Shown here: one piece after another, positions 38,621 to 52,435 of the stretch
Layout: each line of letters opens with the position of its first letter
Numbering within the stretch: position 1 is the stretch's first letter
From: Tubiluchus corallicola
Lineage: Eukaryota; Animalia; Priapulida
Length of the DNA stretch: 64,000 nt
Direction of reading: 5' to 3'
NCBI GenBank assembly: GCA_030141605.1
Contig: JAQGDQ010000908.1
Span: 1-64,000, forward strand
Made by a program: the position numbers and the translations under genes
The notes under the pieces: model-generated
What the model saw: the letters and a program-made list of their open reading frames with translations, nothing else
Databases searched by the model: none
What the model was told of the DNA's origin: nothing

Positions 38621-41600
38621 TTATACAATTTTGATTATCTGTCCCTCAAACAATGTTGGCAAATCACATTTTGGATTGGCTGCTTTGCTCTATTTTGGTT
38701 GACTTCTGAAACGTTTAGCTGTTGGCTGATCATTGATTTTTTTCATCAGATGACTCACTTTCAGATCTTGAAGGGTACTAAGCAACATTTGCTATTGCAC
38801 AACTAGTTATCACATCAAAGAAACCAAAACCATTGTTACTTTGTTACCTAACAGTTGTTGGTATAATTGGAAAGTCTCGTGCTACAAACTGCCTAACGTT
38901 CCCATCTAGGAACATCACATATTGGGGTTGATATTTGATAACTAAATAACAAATTAAAATTTTAGTAGTACATGTAATGGATAGGTAGATGTGTCAGCAA
39001 GAGTTATATAGAATAAACAGAAATCAAAGGTTTTTAACTTTTCAATAAGTTTTTGTAATTAAGCACCTAGTTTGAAGAGTGACAGAAGGCTACTTGTCGA
39101 TGTTGAAAATAAAAATTAGTTTCAAACATTCAAAATTTGCCTGTAAATTAAGATTTGTTTAACTAAGAACCAGTAATATTATTTACAACAAAGACAACCT
39201 TAGCATAGACTTTCGGTAGCAGCAAACTTTTGTTCCGATATAGGAACGTTGGGAGGAAAAAAGGAAGTGTAGGGTATTTGTCACAAGAAGAAAACAAGAT
39301 GGCGTCACGATGCAGATGGATGCAAATGCAGTGACTGTGACAACACGTTACAACGCATCATATGAAGAGCTTCGTGGGATAGTTATCACAAGGAACCTTT
39401 TGCTGTTGAAACTGGAACTAGTCGTTTATAATGAAACGACCATATAATGAAACGATCGAAAGCTTGCTTAAAAAAACTTTTAAAAAGTAGGTTTATAGAG
39501 TGCGTTACCTTCATGCTAAAAGTAACTGAAACTGTCAACCATTTTGAAAACTAAAATATCAACTAAATTTGAATGTGAAAAATGGCACCGTGGCATTGTG
39601 GCTAGCCAAAACAGGAAGCTAATAAACTCAGTTTTGGCTGAAAGACCTGTCTTGCATATATAGCCTTTTATTATAGGGCTTTATTATAGGACATGAAAGC
39701 TTGGACTTGCTTCTGTAATTTTTGACGTTTGACGTTATCGTAGAAACTCATCCAAGTACTTTGACATTCATACCTGTGTTCAAGGTCACTGCAAGATACT
39801 TCAGTACTTGAGAATGAGTTTCATGATTCGAGCTGATGTAGATTTTCATTTTTTGGACTTATTGGACGTTCAAGATATGGACATATTTTTACACTCTTGC
39901 CTATGTCACCTGATCTGCTTCACTCTCCATTTTTTTGAAAAAATGCCTAATGCACATCTATCCCTACCCCGGTACCATTAGACACAAAAACATTGAATGG
40001 TAGTGAAATGCTGTAAGAGGAAATGAGCGACAAAAATTGTGGCTGGCAAACATACGTATTCTGATGCTAATATCGTATGATATAAAGAAGTTAGATGTCA
40101 TCCACCTCGCTACAAATGTTAAGCAAATCTGATAATGACTTTGTTAAGTTAAATATATTAAATATCGATACAGTCTACCTATATATCGAGACAAACTACA
40201 GGTCCTAGTCATAAACATTTACTTAGAAAACATAATATCTCAACTCTAAAAGAATATCTGAAATGTATACGTAACGGACTACATACTTATCAGACATAGC
40301 AAGAGATTCTCTATTTTATAACAGAGAACAGGTAGACTATTTTTCAATTCAGCAGTTGACTAATAAATGCAGAGTAAGATCTCAAATAGAACCACCAAGG
40401 TCGCAAATCCCCGTTGATTTATGGTTAGCCCCGCTTGACTTACTAAATCGAGGCAGTAATGCATTAACAAATTGTGTAAATTATATAAGGGATGAATTTA
40501 TTATAAGAACAATATCTGATAACTGTTGTTAAAAATTTGATATAGGTTAGTATAGATTACATTGATATTATAATTATTTTAAAGAAGAACAGCTCGTTAA
40601 ATATTATTGGTATAAGTAATACATATAGAGACTGACATAAATACTATAAAGTTACTGATAACATTGTCAACTTTTAAATTCGATTATATAATATGTACAG
40701 CATGATTTCCATGTAATAGTAAAGTATATATATATATATATATATACGATGATGAGCTAAATATTTAGACGACATTTACAATTGTTAAGCTAAATATAGT
40801 ATAGATAAGACTGCATGATTTGCAGCCTAGGATTACTTTTTTTACTTGCGTTGTAACATTTCTTTGGTTTCAAATTTGTAGACAAATTTATTTTACTTCA
40901 GATAGTCAAATTAATTTATATGTTATTTTTGCACAGTTAAATTTAATTATTTGTTTGAATTATAATTAATTTTTATATTGCTGTGCTCCTTACATTACAT
41001 TACGTTTCAGACGTGTGGCGCTATCCATTAACTTTTCATAAACCGACTTGGGGTGGCTGATCGTATAACGCATATTTGTTGCCACCCCTTCCCACCCACT
41101 TTATTCACAAGTTGTAAAATAAACAATTTGAATCTGAATTCTTGAATTTACTCAGCTTGATGTACTGTGCATGTCCGTGTTTAAACAGGGACAAACAAAC
41201 AAGCAAGCACATTTAGTAAAGTTTAAGTGCTGTTTCGTATAGTGGTAGTATTTATTGATGGATTATGAAGGTGGCAGTAACCGTTTATTGACGTGAGGTG
41301 GTGACAAAGCTATAAGATCTGGATTGATGAGCGATTAACACATTTATTTCACAATAATATATTACATAATAGTATACATATCATAGCTATGCCAAGCCGC
41401 CTATGATCTGTTCCTTGCTCCCGAGATCCCCGACCTGATCTGAGAGCCTGACTAATCTTGGCTTCCTTGAGGTTTCAGACTGACAGCGCATGCACTATAG
41501 TTGGCGCCAGACTGACGGCTCGGAAGAGCCATTGCCATATTAGGAATTCTTAGTGAAGAATAATCACGTGACGACCGCACCTTAATGTCGGCTTCCTGCG

Positions 41601-42849
41601 TGGCCGTGGCTTCCTTTCTAAATTCACTTATCGAACCATTAATCCTATTACTGAACTATTAATCACACATTTTTTTAGCATCTCTTTACTCATTTTTCAA
41701 ATTTGGAAAACTAAATTCATTGACAATTTACAAATAGAAGGATATGAGTTGCGACTACTGTGACGTCACAGTCGTCCTTGCCCATACCAAATTACCCTGG
41801 TGTACATTTCGTACAAAATTTAGTTTTAGTGTAGTAAATTCAATGTTCAATTTTGTCATGTGATTGGGTTGGGTTCGTGTCCGTCCTACGAAACCTCTCC
41901 TTTCCAGTTTTTCATAGCAGTCTTCTGCTAAACGACTTCAAGGTTATGCGCTGGTAAATTTTCGCACCTCCGATCAGGTGGAAGGATGGTCTGTGATTCA
42001 TTTAACCTTTTGATTTATTTGTGTCTGTAAAATTTAACTTTGAGATCTTGTAGTTGTTGGACTCAGATGGGCATCAAGCCAGCTGTTAGTATTGCCATCT
42101 CAAGCAGAGTGATTAAGAATTTATTTATCTGCATCTCTGAGAGGATGGTCCTTTTTGCAGTATGCAAAATTGCAGTGATGTCATGTCACTAGTAAGAAAG
42201 AAATTTTTACTGCAAAATTAATTTAAGTCTAAACATGATTTATTTACTAGACGTGGTAATCACAAAAGCAGAACAACAGCACTCTGAGCCAACTGCGTTG
42301 AAATCACTATGAAAGTGCAATTACAAAGCAGTTCTCTGGAAAGTTAAAAAAACAGCTATGAAACAGTTATACTTTGCCAACATACAAGATACAAGAGCAC
42401 CAAATAAAACCAAATTGTACTGTAGTTTAGCGGCGACCAACCGTTACTGGCACAAATAAGCTCAAACTGAGCTTCGACTCTATCTGAGACTGTCAAAAGA
42501 ATTTTAGACGAGTGTTGAGCCCAAAAAAGAGAGTAAAGGAGTAAAGTTGCCTAACACGAACACTGTACATTCCATTCTGCTAATCAATCACCTACTAAAC
42601 AAAAGATAAAAGAAAAATTAAATGAACAAATCACAAATGAAGTTAATCAAGCCAGAGTTATTCGGATAAGGAAAAAACTGGTTCGCTGGTTGGTAGAAAA
42701 ATGGTCAACAAAATTTGGGAATTTTTGATTTTAATTGTCCCGATCCTGGTTCTCTTTGGCCATTTTATTCTCAGAATGTTCCTTTACTTTCTTCTTTGAA
42801 ATGCATCACTTTCTGATTTGTGTTGAGCTTTAATTGCCCATAATTAGTT

Positions 42850-44230
42850 ATAGAGTTATAGAGAAACACAGTTTCCACAAGTGCAGCAAAGATACTTAAT
42901 TTTGTATATTTTTGTTAATTTGGAATATGCAGCTAGTGCTAAGATTTTTTCTCTTGATATATCTTCATCTGTGGCCAGAAGACTGCCTAAGTATTTGCTT
43001 TTCCTCCGTGCATCATCTTCATTCCCTTTTATGCAATGTTCTTCTGTTTTATCTTTATTTAGTACGAGATCCATTTCTTTTAATCTTGTTTCTATTTTGA
43101 TTTTGATATCATCTATTTCATGATTGGTTCTTCCTATCCATGAAGTATTATGAAGTATCCATGAAAGGCATATTGCAGGTCTTTGGTTATAATGAACTTC
43201 GTTTTATTAGCATAATTTTGTTCTAATTCTGTTCCAGATAGTAGCTTTTCTGGATCTAGATGTTGTGTAATTGTGGCCACCAAGTTCTTTTCTGGGTGTA
43301 ATTTTCCTGTTCATTAATGCCGTAGCAAGGTAAAAAGTGAAGAGAACAGGACCTAGGCAGTCTTCTTGAGGTATTCCCTTATTCGTAAAAATGAATCACT
43401 CAGTCTGCATTCAAATTTAACACCAATTGGAAGATCTTCCCATAATATTGATATCATGTGAATTTAATCATTGTAAATAGTGTAGCAGTGTCTTTCTTTT
43501 CAAATGCCTTGGAGATGTCAATGAATTATATATACATATTGACTTTTCTGTCAAAGAGATAGCTTTTCTGTTAGTATCTTGCAAGTCTGAACAAGTTCTA
43601 TTGTATTTCTTCCAGGCTGGTAAGCTGCTTGAATTTCAGGAATTCACTTATGCAGTCTGTCATAAATTCTGTTGAGCATACATATAGCTAAAACTTTTCT
43701 TATTATGGTTAACAGCATCAGCAGTCTTAGATTTACTATTGGTCATCTCTATTACCAGGTTCTGGCAGAGGAAGAGAAATGCCCTTATCAAGATCCTTTG
43801 GAAATATTCCTGTTTCAGCTATAGTATTTAATATAATTGCTGTTGATTTGTAAAGTTCGTCAGTTCAGCATTTAAGTAATTCTGCTTTTATTTTATCAAT
43901 CCCTGGACTATTGTTGTTCTTTAGTGGTCTAGCTGCAGATTTAACTTCATCTGAAGTAAAAGGTGTGTTCATGCGATAAGTTCACATTCGTTAATTTTTC
44001 CTGTATTTTCATCATTGAATACATATTGAAAAAATTCTTCGCCTGTTGATATGAGGCAGTAATCAGTCCATTATCAGTCTTGAGCTATGATTTTCTTGTT
44101 TCGTTGAAAGTTTTGTAATATTCTTGTAGCTTTATAGTGTCTCGAAGAATCATAGTTTGTGTTCTTAATCTCATCAGCAATGCTTTTTACTTTGTTATCA
44201 TTGATTTCATTTAGAATTTTCTGAATTTGA
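42850..44230 (-). mobile_element. Decayed non-LTR retrotransposon reverse transcriptase
   Basis: LKNNNSPGIDKIKAELLK, QAAYQPGRNT, DISKAF, GIPQEDCLGPVLF, LNKDKTE, KYLGS; many stops. Confidence 0.85.
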
Positions 44231-47136
44231 CATAGTTTATAGTAGCTACGATAGCCAAGTTATGCTGTCCATAAGCAAAGAATTCTATACTGAGACATTT
44301 AAAACCTTAAATTTATTAAAGGTAAAGAAATTTATTAAAGGACGAAAATGCTTTACATTATGCGTTCAAGGTTCAAATTCAGCATGAATTCAGAACACAA
44401 AACTGGTGGGTACAATTTTGCAAAAATTGACCAAATTTGCAACCTAAGCATTCAGAATGTTCTCAAAATTGATATACATATATCAGCAATACGTTTTTAT
44501 AAGCCCATTCTACTTTTGACGCTTGCCTATAAGTTCTACCGGACTAGATGAAATGATGCCTTATTTAGTTGGTTATTTTAAAACATTATTCGCGGTAAAA
44601 TAGCATTAGAGATAGGAGTTATTTGATGGTAATATACACTGCATATATTCTAATAAGAATAAGAATACACAGGTTTTAAAATACTTCATTACAGCTTATA
44701 ATTATATTCGCATTTACAATATGTTTAGCAAAACGTTAAACCACCAATTAGGGCAAGAATGCCAAATACGGTTGGACAGACAAATTCAGACAAATACGGT
44801 TGGAAATGTTTCCTTTACTTCAAGACTTCCGAAGGAAGAATGCTAGGTAGTGGGTGAATGAGGAGCATGTTTAGCTACAAAAACACATGGCTAATTGTTA
44901 TACCATCACAAACATCATACCTGCTAGCTCCAAAGCAAGGAAATTGCATTCTTGTGTTATGTGCAGTCCTTGTAATTATGAACACAAATTCTAGACACCT
45001 TTATCTCCACCAATTTCTGCAATGCTAGACTTTTTTCTGGACAGGTTAAGAAAATTTGATACTGGTTTGGTTTTTTGGTATTAATTATGCTAATACCAAG
45101 GGCACTCTGATAAAATAAAATAAAATAAAACAAAACAATAAAAGAACTTGGACATTAAATTTGATAATAGAAGTGTAACATTCAAAAATAACTAGTTGAC
45201 AATGTTTCTGACGTGGCCAGAAACTTAACATTTTGCAAACAATAGCTACAGAATTGGGCCATAAAACGGTCACAGCAATTTGCTTGAAAATCATAATTTA
45301 GATTTTGTTCAATACGCGTTGTTGCTTGATTACGCAGCAACTGCACTTCACAACTTTCTACTTTTTAACCAATGACCCTTGTGCAAGGCCACGGCACCAT
45401 TTGGCAACATACCAAATATTGTGGCCCTAACTCAAGAACTGTGGAAGAAGATAGATCCTAAAGAAAAATAAACGAAGTCCTGCATGCTCCATGTCCTTTG
45501 GCCTGGCGATTCGGGTCACAAGTTTAACTACATAACTTTGCCCAGAAAGTGCACCCTGTGAGCTTTCTGTACATTGCCCTCGGCATGTAAAATGTCACCA
45601 ATTGGGGGAAACCCCAAATTTTCCATTTTGGCCCCTTCTTCGGGCGTTTAAAGCTTGCCAGCTTTATAAAAAAACCCATGTGAAAAAAATTGACCACAGC
45701 AAAATCTTAATTACAAATTCATACAACAAATCAGTAACAATATTTAAAAAAACCGTTAGCATAATCACGAGCCTATACACGTATACATATATATCACAAA
45801 TAAAAAAACGTTTCAAATATAGTCATACAGCAGAGCACAATAAATAATCCAATCAGGCTAACATTCTCATACAACTGAAAAGAAAATCAGATTATCATTA
45901 AAGAAACAGTCATCATTAGGAAGAAAGAAAAATATAATTACTCTTAGCTTGTACAACCTTTACAACAACAAAAAGCTAACGTATCTGTCACGTCTCTGTA
46001 GATTGTCAAAGAGAAACAGGATTACCAGACATTTATATGAGAATACTGTAGAAAACGAGTTAAAGTATTTTAAGCAGAATAGACAAGCCTACATGATACT
46101 GTAGGGGTGTTGCTAGTACAGTATTGAGGCGAAGCACGTGATATAAAATGAAACCACAATATATGGAAAGTTAACTGTAGCAATACCGCAAGGGAAGTTA
46201 ATTCCTAGCACACCACTAAACTAATGGGACAAAGTAGTTATTATTTTAAGGCACTTGGGAAATCGTGAACACGATTCGCGACAATCTCATTTTGACTCAT
46301 GATTTGTAAGCCAATCTTTGAGAGTCCAATCAGATCAATTTCAATCCCGTGCTCGATTCCAGGCACGACATTCTTTTCAGCATGCTGAATGGTGTGCAAG
46401 GTTCAATAAGTAGCATACTTACTTCCATAAGTAGCCATTTAAACCCGTTTTTGGTTTTTACATCTTCATTAAAATAAATAAGCCAAATTTTTTATTTAAC
46501 ATTGTGTAGCTGTTTCAGCTATATCAATAGGATTTTCTCTAGTTGATTCATTTTGCACCTCTTGGAACAATTTTAAGTTTTATCTTAATTAAATCAGCTG
46601 TACGTTTAATTTAATTTTTTCCAAAGTAATTTCTTTTTCCTTAATTAAATATCAAGTTTGATCTTTTTCATTATAAATAATTAATAATTGCTCTCATCGG
46701 TTTTTACCTTTTTGATTATTTAAATTAAATTTTGTTTTCCTTTGGCTACTTAAACTGATTTTGTTTGACATTCGCAAATTTATTTTTAGTTGTTTGGATG
46801 TTAATGCAAGTATTGATTAAACGTTTTGCGCAATTCTTCAATTAGTATTTCGTTTAGTAACTCCTTTGGTTTTAGTGAATTACAGTCAGTTTTGTTCATG
46901 TGCATTACCCTTCCGATTTGTAGTTACTCTTGGCCAGTTACGTGAACCTTGTGTTTTCTTCATTATTGTGGCGATTTTGTATAAGCATAACTATAATGTA
47001 GAATTAAAGTTAAAAACGTTTGCGCTACATCTTGCATATAGTGTGTTTTATAATGCTTTCGGGCACATTCGGAAAAGAACAAGCTGCTAATATTGTTTGT
47101 AATCTTCTTTGTTCTTTGAAAAAATTGCGTAAAAAC

Positions 47137-48096
47137 ATGAACTGCTCTCAATCAAAATTCTGCTTTATTTTAAGTTTTATTTGTATTATCGTCAGTTTAA
47201 GCTTGATACATTTTCTGAAGCAAGTGACGTTAATTAACGGTTTCTTCAAAAATAAATCTGAAGTGTGTAATTTTTGTGATTTTATTGTCAGTTCAAGTGA
47301 TTTATTAAAAATTCAGTATGGAACTTTGGCTGCTGATGATAAGCAGTTGTTGGAACACATTAGAAATTGGTGGATTATAGGACCATCTGAGCATCCTGTA
47401 ACTGGAACTGTCACTGATAATTCACAAATACAGCAGTCAACCATCGTAGACAAATTACTCAATCAAAGACAACATGGATTTTACGTAGAATGTGGCGCAG
47501 CAGATGGACATCTCTCCAATTCAATATTTTTTGAAAGAAACCGTGGATGGAAAGGGTTATTGATAGAACCTAATCCGTTATTGTTTAAGAAGTTATTGGA
47601 AAGGAACCGCAATGCATATCACATAAACGCTTGTTTAAGTACAAAAAATACTGCAGAGAAATTAAAATTTGCCATGGCTGGCTTGCTAGGTGGCCTGACT
47701 GAGACAATGGACTCTGATCGGCAAAGTAGATTGACGCGTAAGACCAATGCCACCGGGCTTCAAGTTACAGTAGTACAATGTTTTCCACTCTATTCTATGA
47801 TGCTTGCACTTGGACAAACTCACATTGATTATTTATCTCTAGATGTTGAAGGAGCAGAACTTGACGTATTAAAAACAATACCATTTGAAAAGCTTACCAT
47901 AGATACTCTGACCATTGAATACCGCTCTACTAATGGGGCTCATATTTGTAAGGAAAATACTTTAGCAAAGTTAAAATATATACGTAAATTCATGGAAACA
48001 ACAAAGCTTTATCGGGAAGTTTCCTTATTACCCAATCGAAAGGACGAACTTAGTCAAGATATCGTGTTCATGCGCCATGATACAAAGCCTTCTTAG
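47137..48096 (+). CDS. FkbM/Methyltransf_21 family (Star-like) type II membrane methyltransferase
   Basis: ATG at 47137 then TM; SQIQQ, GFYVECGAADG..SNSIFFE..RGWKGLLIEPNP, QCFPLYS, IDYLSLDVEGAELDVL; intact single exon. Confidence 0.9.
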   Translation: MNCSQSKFCFILSFICIIVSLSLIHFLKQVTLINGFFKNKSEVCNFCDFIVSSSDLLKIQYGTLAADDKQLLEHIRNWWIIGPSEHPVTGTVTDNSQIQQSTIVDKLLNQRQHGFYVECGAADGHLSNSIFFERNRGWKGLLIEPNPLLFKKLLERNRNAYHINACLSTKNTAEKLKFAMAGLLGGLTETMDSDRQSRLTRKTNATGLQVTVVQCFPLYSMMLALGQTHIDYLSLDVEGAELDVLKTIPFEKLTIDTLTIEYRSTNGAHICKENTLAKLKYIRKFMETTKLYREVSLLPNRKDELSQDIVFMRHDTKPS

Positions 48097-48500
48097 AATT
48101 AGCCCAGGCTCACTTTCAAATGAAAATCGGCATTTTGCCTCTACTGTGCGGGTGCGGCAGGAAAAGCACAGAAGAAAAAACACTTTTGTCAGTTTTTAAT
48201 CACAAGCTCTTTGGACACGTTTGGTAATCTTCTTAAATGAGCAGCAAGAATTCACAGATACAAGTACAGCCACTTTGCATTATCGTCCTCCCTCCAAATA
48301 TGTTGTTAAAGTTTCTTGTCAAAAGATTGTTTCAGGATCTTTGTAAAAAAGTCGCTGAAGTCTCCTACAATGATTCGACGGTAAACAAATTAGAATAACC
48401 ATAAAATATAAGAGCAGATTTTTCAGAAATAAGCGTTTTGCTAAAAATACAATGAATTGGCGTTTTATAGCCAACACAATCTGGCTTCTTTGCCGGCTTC

Positions 48501-48588
48501 CTTTGATTTTGATTGTAGGTATGTATCTCCTTTGATTTAGATTGTACAGATGTATCTCTTTTGATTTAGATTGTAGGGATATATCTAT
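48501..48588. repeat. About 29 bp tandem repeat x3
   Basis: Unit ctttgatttagattgtacagatgtatctc. Confidence 0.85.
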
Positions 48589-49169
48589 CAATGCACATGT
48601 GTAGGTGTCACATCGCTAGTTCTTAGTATAAATTTGAACAACTTGTCTGGAAAGCTCACTTGGAGTTATTAACCAAGGTCACTTTTTAAACGGGTATTTA
48701 AGAAAGCTGGTCTGTCTGCTTATAACAAGCATTCTTACACATAATACACGCCGACATTCTGCAAAATGTTTTACAGGGTTTAAACCCTATGTTTTGTGTT
48801 AAAGTGTTGATACTTGAAGTGCTTGAAGCGTTTGATTTAATTAAATCAAAGTCTGAACACTTATGACCTGAAACTGTTTTTATTTTATTCACACCTAATA
48901 GTAAAATACAGTCTACAATAAAAAACAATATAATATAAAACACGTTGGCAAAAAGCATACAAATAAGATGTGGTAAACGCACAAAGAGATTAACTGCACT
49001 CATGTGTCCATTGTTTACAATTTATGCAAGTTAACTTTATATTAGCGTCTTTAAATAACTTAATATTTTGTGCAGTTACGAGGGGTGCACTATCAATATA
49101 TGCAAGCAATGAGTTATAAATAGGTACAACTCGATTTGAGGAAAATTAGCCAAATCATACTTTAGCAGT

Positions 49170-50110
49170 TCGACGCACGAAAAGCTTCAGAGAATGATTT
49201 TGACTTGTTCTATTGCAAGATACACGGGTAAAAAATTTGTCAGTCAACATCAACTTCTCTATGAATAATTTGGTAGCATAAAGCTAAATCTTTTTGAATG
49301 CAACTCTCCTCTGAATACTTTACATGTAGAATCTCCAGACGCTTAGGATATGGCATTTACATTAAACTACATCTATAAAACTAACGTCGAATAAAGTGAT
49401 ATCACTGTACACTTTCTATGCGGCTAACATTACCCATTAAAGCTGGATTCCAGATCGGCGAGCAATACTCTACAATAGGTCTCATGTAAAATATGAACGA
49501 TTTTAACAATATGTCTTTGTCGTCAGTAGAAAACATTCTAAGTAACATATTTGTAATTCTATTGGGTTTAGTAACCACCTCAATGCATTTGTTTGTCCCT
49601 CTCATGTCATGAGATATTATAATACCAAGATCACGCACATTTGTTTCGATGGGTAAATAAGAGTCAAGAAAGAGATCTTCATGGCCTGGATTAGCATTTC
49701 CAATATGTATAACATTGCATTTCGGTGTGGATATAACTAGTTGTCACTCATTGGCCCATAAGCTAATTGAATCCAGGGCTGATTAAAGATCAATATTTTG
49801 ACTTGACCAAAAACTTTGACAGAGTTTTACATCATCTGCAAATAACTTTACTGTTGTAGCATCAATGAAATCAGTTAAATCATTAATAAAACATAAAAAC
49901 AAAAAACTGTGCAAGAACACTTCCCCTGGAACACACAAGATGTTACACATACATATTCAGATACATTATTACCAATAGCAACACGTCGTTTCCTATCATT
50001 CAATAAAGCTTCAATCCATTTCAAACGATGTCCTACAATGCCATCTGGTTGTAATTTCAAAATTAGTTTGGGATGGGAAATAAGAGTAAAAGCATGCAGT
50101 AAGTGAAAAA
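49170..50110 (-). mobile_element. Decayed CR1-like LINE 3' fragment
   Basis: HPKLILKL, LKWIEALLNDRKRRV, LFADDVKL, RDLGIII, RPIVEYCSPIWNP, IESVQ. Confidence 0.9.
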
Positions 50111-50792
50111 ACAAATCCTGTAAGTCAAATAAATTGAGCATAACTGCGTTGTTACACTGTGGCCACATTTTGATCATTTGCAAGCTAGTTTGTTTTTAGA
50201 TGCAGAAACTCTTGTGTTCGAACAATAGATATGCTATTATTAGGGCTGAAAGCACATCCAGACAGCCACGAAGAATTTGGAGGAATTCAGGTTCCTGCAG
50301 TTAGCGTGGAGCAATGCAGGCAACCAGCTAGCGGGTCTTTTTTGTATTCTCTCGTATTTAAGGTTATTTTGGAGGCCTCAAATGAGCTGTAAATTCTGGT
50401 ACTCAGCCTTCCTCAAACGAGAAAATATGCTTATAATAAATCAATATTTAGGCAATCTTATCTATAACTTTTGCAGATAACTTTTATCTATAACGTAGAG
50501 AACAAATTATAGCTATTTGAAATTCAGCGGCTTTATGGACGAAGAAAAAATTGTGGCCTCATTCCGTTTCTGTTGTCCAGGGCTTACCTAAATTACTTGA
50601 TAATATATTCATAAAACCAAGTTTTAACCTACTTGAAAACCACTAATTTACGGATTTGTTATAATCAGAAAGCTAGAAATAAGCAGATGCAAATAACTGT
50701 TGGCTAATAGCCGTTGAAATGTCGATCTTACATGAAAGACTGGTGCAGCTCATTCATTCAAATGAATGACACTTCTGCAGCACTTGGCTAAT

Positions 50793-50793
<1 letters not shown>

Positions 50794-50864
<71 letters not shown>

Positions 50865-50932
50865 ACTATTATTATTATTATCATCATCATCATCATCATT
50901 ATCATCACCATCGTCATCGTCATCATCATCAT
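50794..50932. repeat. (ATT)n(ATC)n microsatellite
   Basis: Visible directly. Confidence 0.98.
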
Positions 50933-51304
50933 CACAGAGCGAAAACTGTTTTGTGCATAAACCCATAATGACAAACTACTATATCACATCTACATCACAT
51001 TACCACACCACACACAACATACCACTCACAGCACACCACCTGCAACACACCGCGCTAATCTCATCAGCCACATCACATCATTAGTACCACTCCTCATCAG
51101 CCAGGCCACACTACAACACAACACTCACAATACATCAAATTGCCCGCATTACACCACAAGCTCCAGCCACCTTCAGTTCCCTTTTTCACTCTTATTTAAA
51201 TGGATATCCCTTACGGTTCTCTCTAACCTATTAATGGCCTTGTTGTAAGCCTTTTCATTTAACTTTTTACTCGAAATAGTCACTCGAAATAAAGTTTAAC
51301 TTTA

Positions 51305-51472
51305 CTTTTCATTTGCAAGAAATTGCATCCTGGAGACAGGACAAATTTATATTTGCATTTGCAAGAAATTGCATCCTGAAGATAGGACAAATTTATATTT
51401 TCAGTTGCAAGAAATTGCATCCTGGAGATAGGACAAATTTATATTTTCATTTGCAAGAAATTGCATCCTGGG
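51305..51472. repeat. 46 bp minisatellite, about 3.5 units, with related units near 51550-51600 and 51750-51792
   Basis: Unit tttgcaagaaattgcatcctggagayaggacaaatttatatttkca; no unique spacers. Confidence 0.9.
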
Positions 51473-51864
51473 CAGACAGATCTGTAAGATAATTTGAATA
51501 TGATTCGAACAATGATATGCTATTTTGTATTAATAGCGGAATGAGAAAAAAAGGAAATGTGAAATGTATATTATGTATATTTGTGAGAAATTGCATCCCT
51601 GGAGAGGAGTAGAATATGATTCGAACGTTGACATGCTGTTTTGCCTTAACAGCGAAAAGAATGGAACTCAGTTTTCCTCAAGCAGGTGAAAATGAAAAAA
51701 AAGCTGGCCCATTCTATTAAAATGTTTTGTTTTTCTTTTAAACAACACAGAAGGAAATGTATATTATGTATATTTGTGAGAAATTGCATCCCTTTGACAA
51801 TATTCGCTGAATGCTGAATATTTTCTTGAACAAAATTTACACTTAGACTCACAAGACCTGCTGT

Positions 51865-52435
51865 GAGAGCATCTGCATTGTATTCTGCATTTTTGCCAGA
51901 CCTGTGCTCTATGGAATAATCATGCTGGTCAAGCTTTCTCAGCCAGCGGGCCAGCTGACCTTTGGCTTTTTCAAAGATCAAAGCCAATGCAAGGCATCAT
52001 GATTTGTCCCTATTAAAAACTGGCACTTGAAAAGTAGTGATGAAATGTTTCACTGCCTTTATTACTTCTAATAGCTCGTGCCATTTAGCACAGTAATTTT
52101 GCTCTGCTGGCGAAGGAGCCTAGCAAGTGCCAACAAATTTTTTAGATGCTCAAATAAACGCTGTTTGCTAGTTTGCCAAACAAAAGATGCATAAGTTGAT
52201 AAAGAGGTCTAAATACAGCACTACTTTTTGGACGAGTATGCACTTTTTCGTATTAAGTTTAAGACCAGCTCAGCGGAACTGCTCTAAAACTTCTTGAAGT
52301 CGTAATTAATTTTCATTAAACAATGACATCGTCTAGATAAATTAAAAGTACGCCCATGACGTCTTGCCAGGACTTGTTCCATTAAGCGTTCAAAGGTCGC
52401 CGGCGCGTTTGATAAGCCAAAAGGCATAGATTTAA
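51865..52435 (-). mobile_element. Decayed Gypsy pol fragment (RT and RNase H)
   Basis: [50 protein letters not shown]...NADAL. Confidence 0.9.

Noticed and set aside
47020-47136. N-terminal extension of the methyltransferase ORF
   Set aside because: Relies on a TTG start; the ATG at 47137 directly precedes the signal anchor, though an in-frame ATG at 47053 cannot be excluded
50750-50974. Poly-I/N/D ORFs
   Set aside because: ATT/ATC microsatellite
51305-51472. CRISPR-like regular repeats
   Set aside because: Head-to-tail 46 bp units without unique spacers; eukaryotic context and no cas genes
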